In this document: piece by piece, positions 50,816 to 64,000 of the stretch
Numbering within the stretch: position 1 is the stretch's first letter
How the letters are laid out: each line of letters starts with the position of its first letter
Source of the DNA: Octopus vulgaris
Lineage: Eukaryota
DNA length: 64,000 nucleotides
Direction: 5' to 3'
NCBI GenBank assembly: GCA_951406725.2
Contig: OX597833.1
Span: 71,362,001 to 71,426,000 of the forward strand
Made by a program: the position numbers and the translations under genes
Notes under the pieces: model-generated
Told to the model about the DNA's origin: nothing
The model's input: only the letters and a program-made list of their open reading frames with translations
The model's database searches: none

Positions 50816-50846
<31 letters not shown>

Positions 50847-50877
50847 ATATATATATGTATATATATATATGTATGTG

Positions 50878-50915
<38 letters not shown>

Positions 50916-51073
50916 TGTATATATATATGTATGTATGTGTGTGTATATATATGTATATATATATATATATATGTATGTATGTGTGTGTATATATATATGT
51001 ATATATATATATGTATGTATGTGTGTGTGTATATATATATATGTATGTACGTGTGTGTATATACACACACATA
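50540..51073. repeat. Compound (TA)n/(TG)n/(TATG)n microsatellite
   Basis: Seen directly in the sequence. Confidence 0.95.
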
Positions 51074-51517
51074 TGAAAGAAAAATAAAATATATTTCTAC
51101 GTGTATCAATATATACACGGGCATGTACAGTTAAACATACACGTAAATTTACAAATATATTAGCATACAAATATATTTACACACACATACACAATATAAA
51201 CATATACAAACAAGGTTTTCATATAATTAAGTATTCAATACTTTAAATATATATTTCACACACAAATATATGCATATCCATACGAATGTGTGCTCACGCA
51301 TACACCTCTATACGTGTACATACGTACATGTGTACGCTTGTATATGTGTTCATATACAGACAGATGTGAACGTTTGTTTGCTAATGCATATATAAACACA
51401 TGTATGCATACACAATTATATACCCGTGTACATATATTTACACACATGTAAATTGATATATTATATATATATATATATATACATACACACATGTATAATA
51501 GTGTATGTGCGTATTGT

Positions 51518-51710
51518 AAGTGGTGTGAGGTCTAATGATTTGGTCTTTGGACTCACAATCATTAGGTCTTTGAGCAGACAGCACACTGCCCTTGGGCAAG
51601 ACATTTCATTCAACGCTGCTTCGGTCCGCTCAGCTGTAAATGAGTACCAATGGCAGATTAGCTGGGTGAAGGTAAGCCTGTGAAGGACTCTCGTCCTGTC
51701 CAGGAGGTAA
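51518..51710 (+). mobile_element. Old tRNA-derived SINE with conserved central domain
   Basis: cccttgggcaagacattt...cagctgtaaatgagtacc...ctgtgaaggact..cgtcctgtccagg. Confidence 0.55.
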
Positions 51711-52083
51711 TTTTTTTAAATTCTCAGTTGCTTAGAAAACAGGATTAGATCCAGCTTTAATAGATCTGTAGGCTTAAAACAGTTTACTTTAAATCGTAAT
51801 ATTTTATATATATATATATATACACACACAAACACGTAAATATACATATATATGTATGTGTATAAATACATACCCGTCCAACCCATGTCAACATGGAAAG
51901 AGAACGTAAAATAATGAGGATGTTTGTGTGTATATACGCACACACAAATACGCATATCTACATATATAATTACATATATATGTATATATACATATATATG
52001 TATATATACATATATATATAAATGTATAAACATCAATATACATATCTAAGAATACACACACGTATATGTGTGTATGTATGTGA

Positions 52084-52126
<43 letters not shown>

Positions 52127-55100
52127 TATTTATATGTACTTATATGTACACATATAAACTGTGTATCTGTAATTTGTCTCCTAAAATAAACGATATTTAT
52201 TCTCTTCTAATCGCTAAATGAAAAAAAATATATGGAGTGTGTGTGTGTCTTCCGACTACATATATTATCCGTGGAACAACAACACAAATAAACCCAAATA
52301 AACGGAAGAGAAACCCCGCACTATTTCTCTGTTACAAATGGGAACTCATATATATACAGGAGGGAAAAGATGATCAGATCTAATAAAATATATTGTATTT
52401 TCCCCTTTGTATTTGGATATATAATTTTAAAAATAGGTGAGGGTTTTTAAGGTGTTTAACAAATATGTAAGCTTGTAAACAGCGTGAAATTCCGTGGGCT
52501 CCGGAGGATTTTTTTTTTCTCCTTTTCCAAATAAAAAGAAATCTAAAATGTACATAATGATCGAACAGAAAACTGAAAAATAATCATTTTGAATATTAAA
52601 AAATTGGAAGGAACAGTGTTCGGGGATAATTGAATAAATCAGAAATATTTTGGTACCGAAATAACAGATTCAGGATTATGGGAATGATGATGATTTTCCT
52701 ATAGAAGAAGGCCTTACTTGTTATGGTTGTAAAAACCAATCAATGAGGTTCGTTCGATCTCTGAGTTAAAAATCGCAAAACAAAATTTCACCACGATATT
52801 CCGTGTTAGGTTTTTCTTTCTCTCTTTTGTTATTCCTGTGTGTTTGGTGGAAGGTTGAGATCGGAAGCTTTAATAGATTTTATCCGAAATCTTTGGCCCT
52901 TTTTATTTTCTCTCATCTTACTCTTATTTTGTTGTTCTCTGGAATCGCTTTTTCCCCAGCTGAACACCCCCACCCAATGGAACCGAGACAGACATTGAAA
53001 ACTGCCATAAATGACAAAATTAAACCCCCTTGTTTAGGAAAGCGAAGATATCCTCTCATCATCATTATTATTATTGTCGTTGTTGTTATGATATATATTT
53101 ATTTAGAAGAAGAAAAAGAATAAGAGGTCAAGTCTGAGTTTAAATTCCTTCAGGTCTGCACCGTAAGGTAAGGATTGAAGTCGACATTGAATAAAAATTT
53201 ATTTTTAACAAATACGAATTCTACACCCTTACATCCATTTATAGGTAAAACAAAACGCACTTCAATTTACACACACTCACGTCCGCATACATACATTAAA
53301 CATAGATATAAATGTTAAGCAGTAAAGGGATATTTGAAATATTTCAATCGACAAGGTCTGGGAAAAAGCTAGACTCACAACACGCCCTACTTAGTGAAAC
53401 AATTATTTATTTTTTTTTGGTTTTCATAAACAAATTTCATTTAAAGCATTTGTTTATAGTTTTATATGGAACTGCATGAAACAAGTTAGAAATTACAAAG
53501 AAATAAAAAGGGGAAACAGAAGTCGCGAATTATGAGGAAATCGAGTGAAGCAAGGTGCTTCCCCCGCCTCCCCCCTCACGGTGTTAATTGGATGGGGGAG
53601 GGGGAGGTAAGAAGGCAATTAATGAGGTTCTTTTTTTTTTGAAGTTGTGGAAGGTTTTGTAAAACTCACCAGGGAAAGCAGAAAATGAGGGTTTCGGTAA
53701 CGGCTACCCTCCCTCGTCGTCGTAACAGCAGGAGGAGAAAACCCGTTGTAAAGCAGCGGAGCTTTTTTCAGCCACAGTTTTTCATGAGAAAGTAATAAAA
53801 AATATAAATATATAATATCAAGAAAGCGTGTGTTTTCGGGTTGAACGCAGCCTCGGTGCCTCAATTTGGTGATTAAGATACGTGCTGCAGTGTAAAATGA
53901 TCGACTTCCGAAAAAGGAGAGTCCGTATTTTCTCCAGTATTGAATATAATTTCTCTATCTCGGCATGGAGTTTAATCTCTTCTAAAACAACATCAACAAG
54001 CAGCTCTCACCTCGCCATTATTAGAAGCGGTGATAGCGCAAAACACGTTCCATCTATAAAAATGATCCCGAAAATCAAAACCGAAGCAAATCGACTAGCT
54101 GCCGTTAGGGTAACATTTCCTTATTGCAGAAAACACGACGAGTGTAAGAGAAAGAATAATAAATAAATTCAAACTCTAGCTTCGTTCCATTTTCCTCTCT
54201 CCAAACGATTTTCAGATTGTTAAAGAAACAAATAAAAGAAAAAAGAAAACTATTTCTACCAAGGGAGGCAATCCTTGCTTAAAACATTTTCCCGTAAAAT
54301 TTTTCCCATTTCGAAGTCGATATTTTGTTTCGATCTTTCTCTGATCGAGGAATTTCTAGCGGCCATACATTGTTTTCAGGAAATTCCAATGCTTTTTGGG
54401 AATGTTGATGTCGGTTAAGCGCTGACACATTTACTAAATAATGGATTATGCGTCGGATAATCTGTATTTTTTAGAAACATTGATTTTTCATATTTACCAA
54501 TCAACTTCGTGTAAAAACATTGATCAGAATTTAAATTTGTAAACCATTCCTTTAAACACCTTTATTTTAATAAATTCTAAGTTCAAACTCAAACCTTTAT
54601 TAAATTCGTAAAATTCAAATATCAAATTTGCAGTAAAACCGAGCACGGATCGATTTTTAGTGCCTGGAAATTATCGTTTTAAAGTTTTCATTTTATTTCC
54701 CGATTAGAAAACAAAAAATATTGTGGATAGAATTTCCCAAAGGGAAGGAGAGAGGACGAGTGAGGGAGAGAGAGGGCAAGGGGCAATACGATATATGTTT
54801 TGTCTAGTGTAAATCTATGATAATTATGTTTCTTCAGCATAACTCTCTGGAAATTCTGGAGTGGGGGAGAACCTCTTTAATTTACCCCGTTCTTTCGCCT
54901 GATATGTTTGAGGTTGATGGATTCGTCCGTTGACACAATTCTTTCCTATTAATTGATTACAAATATAAGCAAAGGGATTCGACTGATCACTCATAAATCA
55001 AACCCAATACTTTGTTTACTCGTTAAGCTCAGCCAACAACATTCATCTACTCTCAGCCATAACAAAACTCTTTTCCAACCAATCAGTCAATAAGTCGGGT

Positions 55101-55175
55101 ATTTTGTCTGTCGGTTTCTTTCTTTCTTTCTCTCTCTCTCTCTCCCTTTATACACACACACGCACACAGCTAGCT

Positions 55176-55350
<175 letters not shown>

Positions 55351-55499
55351 ATTAGATTTATTGTGAGAGAGAGTGTGTCCATAAATTACCTTTACAATTT
55401 TTAACAATAAATTGCGGAAGTTGTAAACGTAATATCTATCTATTCCCACTCTGTGTGCGTGCGTGTATATTTACATCTATTGATGATACACACAGATAA

Positions 55500-55559
<60 letters not shown>

Positions 55560-56219
55560 TCCATCATCATCATCATGATCATCATACACACATATTACGT
55601 TTGTGTATTTGTTTTGCATATATACATACGTATATACGTACACAAACATTCACACGCAAACATACACACACATATACATACATAATACATATGCACACAC
55701 ACACACACATAAGAAATAAAAGTTGAATATGTAATATTTAAAGTCGAGCATGTAATTACGCTCGCGCGGGCGCGTGTGTGTTTGTGTGTGTTTGGATTCT
55801 TTCCTCCATTAATCTCCTTCTCTCCCAATTCTTCCTTTGTCTTCATTAATGCGAATTAACTTCATTAAATTGATCTTTCGGTTCCACACACATCTGCTGT
55901 TTTTCTCTTCTAGCTGTCTCTAACACTCATTTTATTCTCTCACATACTCTCAAGCCTCTCACAGTTTATCTATCTGTCTGTCTCTCTGTCTTTCTATTGA
56001 TCTATCTACCGCTCTATCTATCTATCTCTCTCTCTCTCTCTGTCTATCTTCCAACTATCACTCTATCTATCCACTACCCATCTGTCTATCTATCGCTCTC
56101 TCTCTCCCTCTCCCTCTCTCTTTCTATATATCGATCGATCTATCTATCTATTGCTCTCTTTCTCTAGTTGTCTATCCATCGATCTGTATATCTATCGTTA
56201 TCACCCTCTCTCTTTCTTT

Positions 56220-56407
<188 letters not shown>

Positions 56408-56671
56408 GCCTGTCTGTCCGTCTATGAATGCATGTATGTATGTATGTGTATATCTATCTATCTATCTTTCTATCTAATTCCTTCCCTCTCTTCATACGAC
56501 ACACAACTCTTACTCTTCTTTCACCCTTTCACATTAGACTCTACTCTCTCTACTTCTCTCTCTCTCTCTCTCGACGCACCTCTCCCTCCTCCTCCTCCTC
56601 GCCTTTCACTTTTACATTCTCCACGAACTTAGAAAATCTCCTCAGGAAATGATTTCTTTCTCCTAAACAAT

Positions 56672-56724
<53 letters not shown>

Positions 56725-56868
56725 AATCCAATGTATGTGTAATGTATATCTATGTATGTGTATGTATATATATTAATATATTATTTATATATTATACATA
56801 AATATATACACATATGAATATAAATTTATCTGCACACATATATATACCTACATACAAACATACATGTG

Positions 56869-56901
<33 letters not shown>

Positions 56902-57010
56902 ATGTATGTATATATATATATGTGTGTGTGTGTATAATTAAATATTGAACGATTGACTGAGTGCACAACACTGCCTTGGTGGATATATAATTTCTTTATT
57001 TGTGAATTAA

Positions 57011-57078
57011 GGCTACCAATGGTTTCATGTTAAGTAAAGCAGGAAAATATCCTAGTCATTTAAACAATTTTTCAAGCC
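57011..57078 (-). ncRNA. Type-I hammerhead motif, U3-A8 variant (left arm of inverted repeat 56993-57218)
   Basis: Reverse complement: GGC TTGAAAA ATTGTT...AACAT GAAAC CATTG GTA GCC. Confidence 0.7.
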
Positions 57079-57133
57079 AATCACATAGAGATTGTTTTCC
57101 AGGATGGAGACGAACACTTATCTCCATGTGATT

Positions 57134-57200
57134 GGCTTGAAAAATTGTTAAGACACTGGGATATTTTCCTGCTTTTCTTAACATGAAACTAATGGTAGCC
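57134..57200 (+). ncRNA. Type-I hammerhead motif, U3-A8 variant (right arm)
   Basis: GGC TTGAAAA AT TGTTAAGA...TCTTAACA T GAAAC TAATG GTA GCC. Confidence 0.75.
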
Positions 57201-57291
57201 TTAATTCCCAAATAAAGATCACACACACACACATAAATATAAATATGCATGTATGTATGTAACTGAAGATACTACAAATAAAGCAATTCTC

Positions 57292-57332
57292 TTCTCTCCT
57301 TGATGAAGGACTTGTGCTTGAAACTTTGGGAA
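57292..57332 (+). ncRNA. Degenerate minimal hammerhead (family shared with 58690)
   Basis: TTGATGA A GGAC-TTGT-GCTT GAAAC TTT GGGAA, followed by the shared tail ttttgcaat.ttatcgacaaa. Confidence 0.5.
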
Positions 57333-57440
57333 TTTTGCAATGTTATCGACAAATCAAATCAAATAATTTTAAATATATGCACATAAATACAATATAAATA
57401 CATATACATAAGTGTATATATAAGAATATAAGAATATATG

Positions 57441-57495
<55 letters not shown>

Positions 57496-57547
57496 AACTG
57501 TTAATCCCCACACATTTTTCTCTCTCCCTGTTTTTTCTCCCTCGGTC

Positions 57548-57583
57548 CTTTCTGTCGAAGAACGTAGGCTTGAAACATCAAAG
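57548..57583 (+). ncRNA. Minimal hammerhead-like motif (A6U variant), same family as 35797
   Basis: CTTT CTGTCGA A GAAC-GTAG-GCTT GAAAC ATC AAAG, within unit ~57494-57670 directly after (TA)n. Confidence 0.55.
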
Positions 57584-57937
57584 ACTTTTCCATTCTTCCC
57601 AAACATTAAACTATTCACCTGGTGGTTGTTTCTTCACCTGTCTTCATCTTTTGTTTTCTATAAATTTAAACTAAAACCCCTCGAGTGACCAACATGTTTT
57701 ACAAGGCTCTATGCTTGGAATGACCAAATATAACTACCATTGGAAACTACACACCAGGTACAAGAAAGTTTCTTCACCAAAAAAAGTTTTTCACCACTTA
57801 CTTACACCAGTCTACTTGAATAATGGAACTGCAAATACAATATCCTTATGTATCTCACTTCTATATAAATTCTCTTATTTCCTTCTGTATTTCATATCTT
57901 TTCTACAATAATTAAAACTCAAGCATTTTCTCGCACC

Positions 57938-57985
57938 GTCTCTGATGAAGGGATATAAAAAATATCCCCGAAACAGCTGTAAGAC
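57938..57985 (+). ncRNA. Type-I hammerhead ribozyme, canonical core
   Basis: GTCT CTGATGA A GGGATAT-AAAAA-ATATCCC C GAAAC AGCT GTA|AGAC; predicted cleavage after A57981. Confidence 0.88.
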
Positions 57986-58689
57986 CTTTTCTTTATAAAT
58001 GTTCTGAAATCTATTTACTGCCTTGGATTTTTTTTTTCTTTATCTCATTCTGTCAATCTATATATATACATGCTAATACATGACCCACATTGAACTCCTG
58101 ACTCATATCATTATCAAGCCTGGAGCTTAACCATGGTCTATCCATTTCACTTACTTAGCATTTAACTGATACCTTTTGGGTCTTCCTGACACCAATACCT
58201 TTCATACCCTTGATCAGATGCCAGCGCCGCCCGACTGGCGTCCGTGTCAGGGACACATAGAAGCACCAACCGATAGTGGCCGTTTGCCAACCTCCTCTGG
58301 CCCCTGTGCTGGAGGCACATAAAAAACACCCACTACACTCATGGAGTGGTTGGCGTTAGGAAGGGCATCCGGTTGTAGAAATTCTGCCAGATCAGACTGG
58401 AGCCTGGTGCAGCCTCCATGGCTTACCAGACCCCAGTCGAACCGTCTAACCCATGCTAGCATGGAAAACAGACGTTAAATGATGATGATGATGATGATAA
58501 TAATATATATAAATATATATATATATATATGTATGTATGTATGTATTCATGCATACATGTATGTATATAAAATATACATGCATATACACATGCACTTTCG
58601 CATGCACACATACAACTGAAAAGAATGGTGTTTGTCTGGTGTCAAAAATATTTATTTCAATAAATATTTTCAGAATTGAAGACAACAAC

Positions 58690-58722
58690 CTGATGAAGGA
58701 CTTGTGTCCAAAACATTGAGAA
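58690..58722 (+). ncRNA. Degenerate minimal hammerhead
   Basis: CTGATGA A GGAC-TTGT-GTCC AAAAC ATT GAGAA; both defects are CpG>CpA changes from GTCC GAAAC GTT. Confidence 0.55.
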
Positions 58723-59075
58723 TTTTGCAATTTTATCGACAAACCAGATTTAATAATTTTACACATACCCACATAAATACATGCAATATAAATGCATATA
58801 TATATGAGTGTATATATAAGATGTGAGAATGCATATGTATGTATGTATGTATGTATATACGCATGTGCTTGTGAGTGCATATGCATTTGTGTTAACAAGG
58901 TAGAGAGTCTGTATAGATAGATGTATGTATAAATATATATACATAAACTGTATGTGTATATATAAATATATATGTATGTGTAGATGCATATATATGTATG
59001 TATGTGTGTGTATGTGTCTGTGTATGTGCAAAAAATACATATGCACATATGTACATACATATAGACAAAGAGATG

Positions 59076-59106
<31 letters not shown>

Positions 59107-59227
59107 GGATGGATGGATACATAGAAAGATAGATAGGTAAATAGACAAAAGACAGACAGACAGACATAGAAAGAAAGATAGATAGATAGATAGACATACA
59201 TAGAAAGATAGATAGATAGATAGATAT

Positions 59228-59453
<226 letters not shown>

Positions 59454-60834
59454 TAGATAGTTCTTGCCCTTACAAATAGATACATAGAAATACAAAGCGA
59501 ATTCACTGAACGTTCTATTTTCTTTATCCATTAAATATATGTAGTGAACCCCCATTTTGTGGTCTATACCTAATCGATACTTATACTATATCTATCATAT
59601 TCTTTATCTACACATATCTTAGACGGCCAAAAACACACAGACATACAAACACACAGACCCAAACAAACAAGCAAAAATTTAAATAACAAGAATACACACA
59701 ATCAGAATGAGAATTCGGCGTAACCGAAGTCTATAAAGCCTCTCTCTATATTCTTCGTCAATAAGACATCATTTAGGTGTACGTGCGTGCGTGCGTGTAT
59801 ATAAATATCTATAAACATACAGATGTGTATGTGAGTGTGTGTGCGTGCGTACTTGTGTGTATGTGTGTGCGTATGCATGCATATGCAAATATACTTATAT
59901 ATGCATATGTGTGTGTGTGTGTGTGTACGCGTGTATGCATTGGTATACACACAGTGTAAATTTAAATATGCATAGAAAGATACATGCATACTTGTATAAG
60001 AACATACACATATTTATGTATGTATATATGTGTGTGTGTGTATGTATATATATGTATATATATATGTGTGTGTATGTATATATATATATACATACACACA
60101 TACACATATATATACATATATATATATATACATACACACAAACACACATATATATATACACATATATATATACATCTATATATGTATACATATACATATG
60201 TATATGTGTATATATATATTTGTACACACGCAAAAGCACAAATACACATACACACACATACACACACACACACACATACACGCACACCCACACCACTTTC
60301 GTGTATACAGTTTTACCTAAAAACCCCATTAATGTTCAACGCACGCGTGTAGATGTTTTGCGATTGTGTGTGTGTGTATAGCTGTGTATATAGTTATCTA
60401 GTTTGTTATACACGCGCATGTTTACACGTTCGCACACGCATACAACATACGCACATACATGCCTCCCCACACACACACGCACGCACTCACACATATACAT
60501 ACACATACACTGTGTGTGTGTATGAGCGTGTATGTTTGTAGGTATGTATAAGTTATGTATGCATATACGTATGTGTACGTGTGTATATGTATACATGCAT
60601 GCGTTTTCATAAAAACGACGCAGTTAATTGCTTGTCGTCTTGTGTGTAGAAGTATCCAGTAATGGGTGACCAACTTATTTCTTGTTCCACCGTCCACGCA
60701 TCTGCTTACACACACATTTATATTTATATATTTACTCTTAAATACATTTATAGGTATTTGTATGTGCGTGTGTATATGTGTGTATACACGCACGTACACA
60801 TACACGCGCGCGCGCATGTAGAGGGAAAGAAAGG

Positions 60835-60890
<56 letters not shown>

Positions 60891-61295
60891 GATAGATAGA
60901 TAGATAGATAGTTAGAGAGATAGATAGATAGATACATAGGTAGATAGATAGATAGAGAGAGAGAGAGAAAGAAGGATTGATTGATTAAAAGAGAAGGATT
61001 GAGGAAAAAAGCGCTAATTGCAGAAAAATCGGGTTTTTTTCTTCTCTTTTCAACAATTCAATATCGTTTTAATTCATTGGTTTTTTTTTTGGTTTTATTT
61101 TTCGTTTCGTTTGTTTGTTTTTCTACCTTTTTTTTTTTATCTTTGTAAAGAATTTGAAATTCCAGATTTGACATTAAAATATTTCGATGAAATAGGGGAC
61201 AGGTGGGGAGGGAAATAAGGGAACCATGAATTAACTAGGTTCAGTTTTAAGTTAGTTCATTAATTAAAACAAAGACCAAATCAAATATGCGACGA

Positions 61296-61990
<695 letters not shown>

Positions 61991-62049
61991 TGTAATAATA
62001 ATAAAAGTAGTAGTAGTAGTAGTAGTCGGGGCTTTTTTTTAAACGACTG

Positions 62050-62090
62050 TTTTTCTTTTCCTCTCTCTCAATATTTTATATTTTTGCAGG
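62050..62090 (+). other. Strong candidate splice acceptor
   Basis: Long pyrimidine tract ending tttttgcag|g at 62089/62090, followed by unique CpG-rich sequence. Confidence 0.35.
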
Positions 62091-62464
62091 TTTCGCGCAC
62101 CGAAAGTGTCTTTTGATGTTCTGTAACCGACGAAACGAAACCGAGATCGATTCCCACTCTCGGTGGAAGCCATTCTATTTATTTACAATTTATATTCCAC
62201 ATTCCTCTAACAATCGGGGTTGAGTCGCTTTTGGAAAGGCATGAGCCTCACATAATCTTATTATTCCATTTTGTTGTTGCTTTTTTAGAAAGATTTTTTG
62301 CAGAACATTGTGACCCCAGCTTCGTGCACCAGTGGAGCCATATCAGCTCCTAGAGAACAGCCCTATCTTTCCTCAAAGATATCCCATCGTGACCATCACG
62401 TCGGCTTTTTCTGTCAGGAATCGTGTACCTCGGACTATATCATCCCATGTGGTCTCTCTCTGTT

Positions 62465-62512
<48 letters not shown>

Positions 62513-62986
62513 CCTCTCTTTCTCTTTCTCTCTGGCCGTTAATCTTCGTTCTCTCAAAGGAAGCAGGCTGAAGAGGATAAAGGGAAGACATGTATACTGG
62601 GGTCGCAACGTGGTTGTCTAGTCCCTAATTAACCCAGATCAAGCAGGCTTAATTAAGATCAAAACAAACCAGCCGTGAGCTTTCCATCTGTTTTTTTTTT
62701 TTTTTTACATATCTTAGACTACGCAGAACAATGTATCTTTTTCCTCCCCATCTCCAGTTGAATGGGATTTGGTTGCTATTTCTAGGAGATTGAGTGACCA
62801 CGCAAAGTTCGATCTTCGATGGAAGACATTTTACCTTAGCAGCTAATATCCCCGAGAAAGGCACGAAGGCCATAGCACCATGTTCCCTATCGTTTAATTT
62901 GCTAAGCCATGCGTAGCTGAAAATTGCAAAATAAATACTGCGCTATGGTAGCACAATACTATACATACACACAAATGTATATATTA

Positions 62987-63100
<114 letters not shown>

Positions 63101-63409
63101 TGGTCTTTGGCCAACAGGTTTTGGAGTCTGACGATACGCCATAAAGTTTAACCCTTTATGGACAGGAAACCCAGGATAATCCCATCAACCGGCCTTCCCC
63201 AGGAAAGAATATATATACTGATCTACATCTTAGAGTGTGCTCCTTCTTCGGATTTATGCTTTCTACAAATGGTATGTGTATATATATATACTTACACATT
63301 CATACATATGTATGCATGTATATATATATACATATGCATACATGTGTATACATATGTATGTATAAATATATATATATATATACATATACATATACATACA
63401 TACATATAC

Positions 63410-63447
<38 letters not shown>

Positions 63448-63467
63448 CATACATACATATACATATG

Positions 63468-63528
<61 letters not shown>

Positions 63529-63625
63529 AAATAATCACCCCATGGATTTAAATGGATAGTACCATACAAAATTCTGGTACCTCTGACTTAAGTACCATAT
63601 TCATCTGAATCTAAATTTTGCTGAA

Positions 63626-63678
<53 letters not shown>

Positions 63679-63689
63679 ATGTATGTATT

Positions 63690-63724
<35 letters not shown>

Positions 63725-64000
63725 ATGTATGTATATATGTACTGTAGGCTTATAGTAAAGAATGCGATCCAAAAGCTGCGGTTGTATCGTCGCAGTCTCC
63801 TCCCATGCCTCTCCAGACCCATTCCATCTTCCTCGGTTGCTTTCGTTTTTGTCTGTCAGTTCAAAAGTGCGCCAAGTAAGAAGGATCCACTTTAGATCAT
63901 TCATCAATGCATCGCAGAGCGAGAAGTGGACGGTGGGGGTACGGTGCGTCGGTAAAATAAACACACAAACATTAAAATCTGTGATCAATTAATCGTGGAA

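Noticed and set aside
57710-57760. GGAATGA-CCAA...TTGG-AAAC hammerhead-like string
   Set aside because: Too many core deviations and no NUH or stem I.

Overview
Eukaryotic, repeat-saturated, mostly non-coding DNA. The SINE families, (TA/CA/GATA)n density and element mix point to an octopus (coleoid cephalopod) genome; this is inferred, not searched. No intact protein-coding gene is visible, and nearly all long ORFs in the track are microsatellite artefacts. Recognisable content includes decayed mariner and hAT transposases, CR1 and RTE LINE remnants (one RTE with a PHD-like finger, one probable RTE end with three C2H2 fingers), two Penelope-like (PLE) RT remnants, piggyBac/hAT/Tigger-type MITEs, three dispersed SINE-type families and a few weak candidate exons. 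The main signal is about 12 clear type-I hammerhead ribozyme (HHR) motifs plus several relics, from about 7 unrelated short sequence families. Most sit next to (TA)n tracts, and several form head-to-head inverted pairs. Three families share the compensatory U3-A8 core change, and others carry U4C or A6U variants. This looks like a population of non-autonomous PLE/retrozyme-like elements. All folds were read by eye and no activity is shown.
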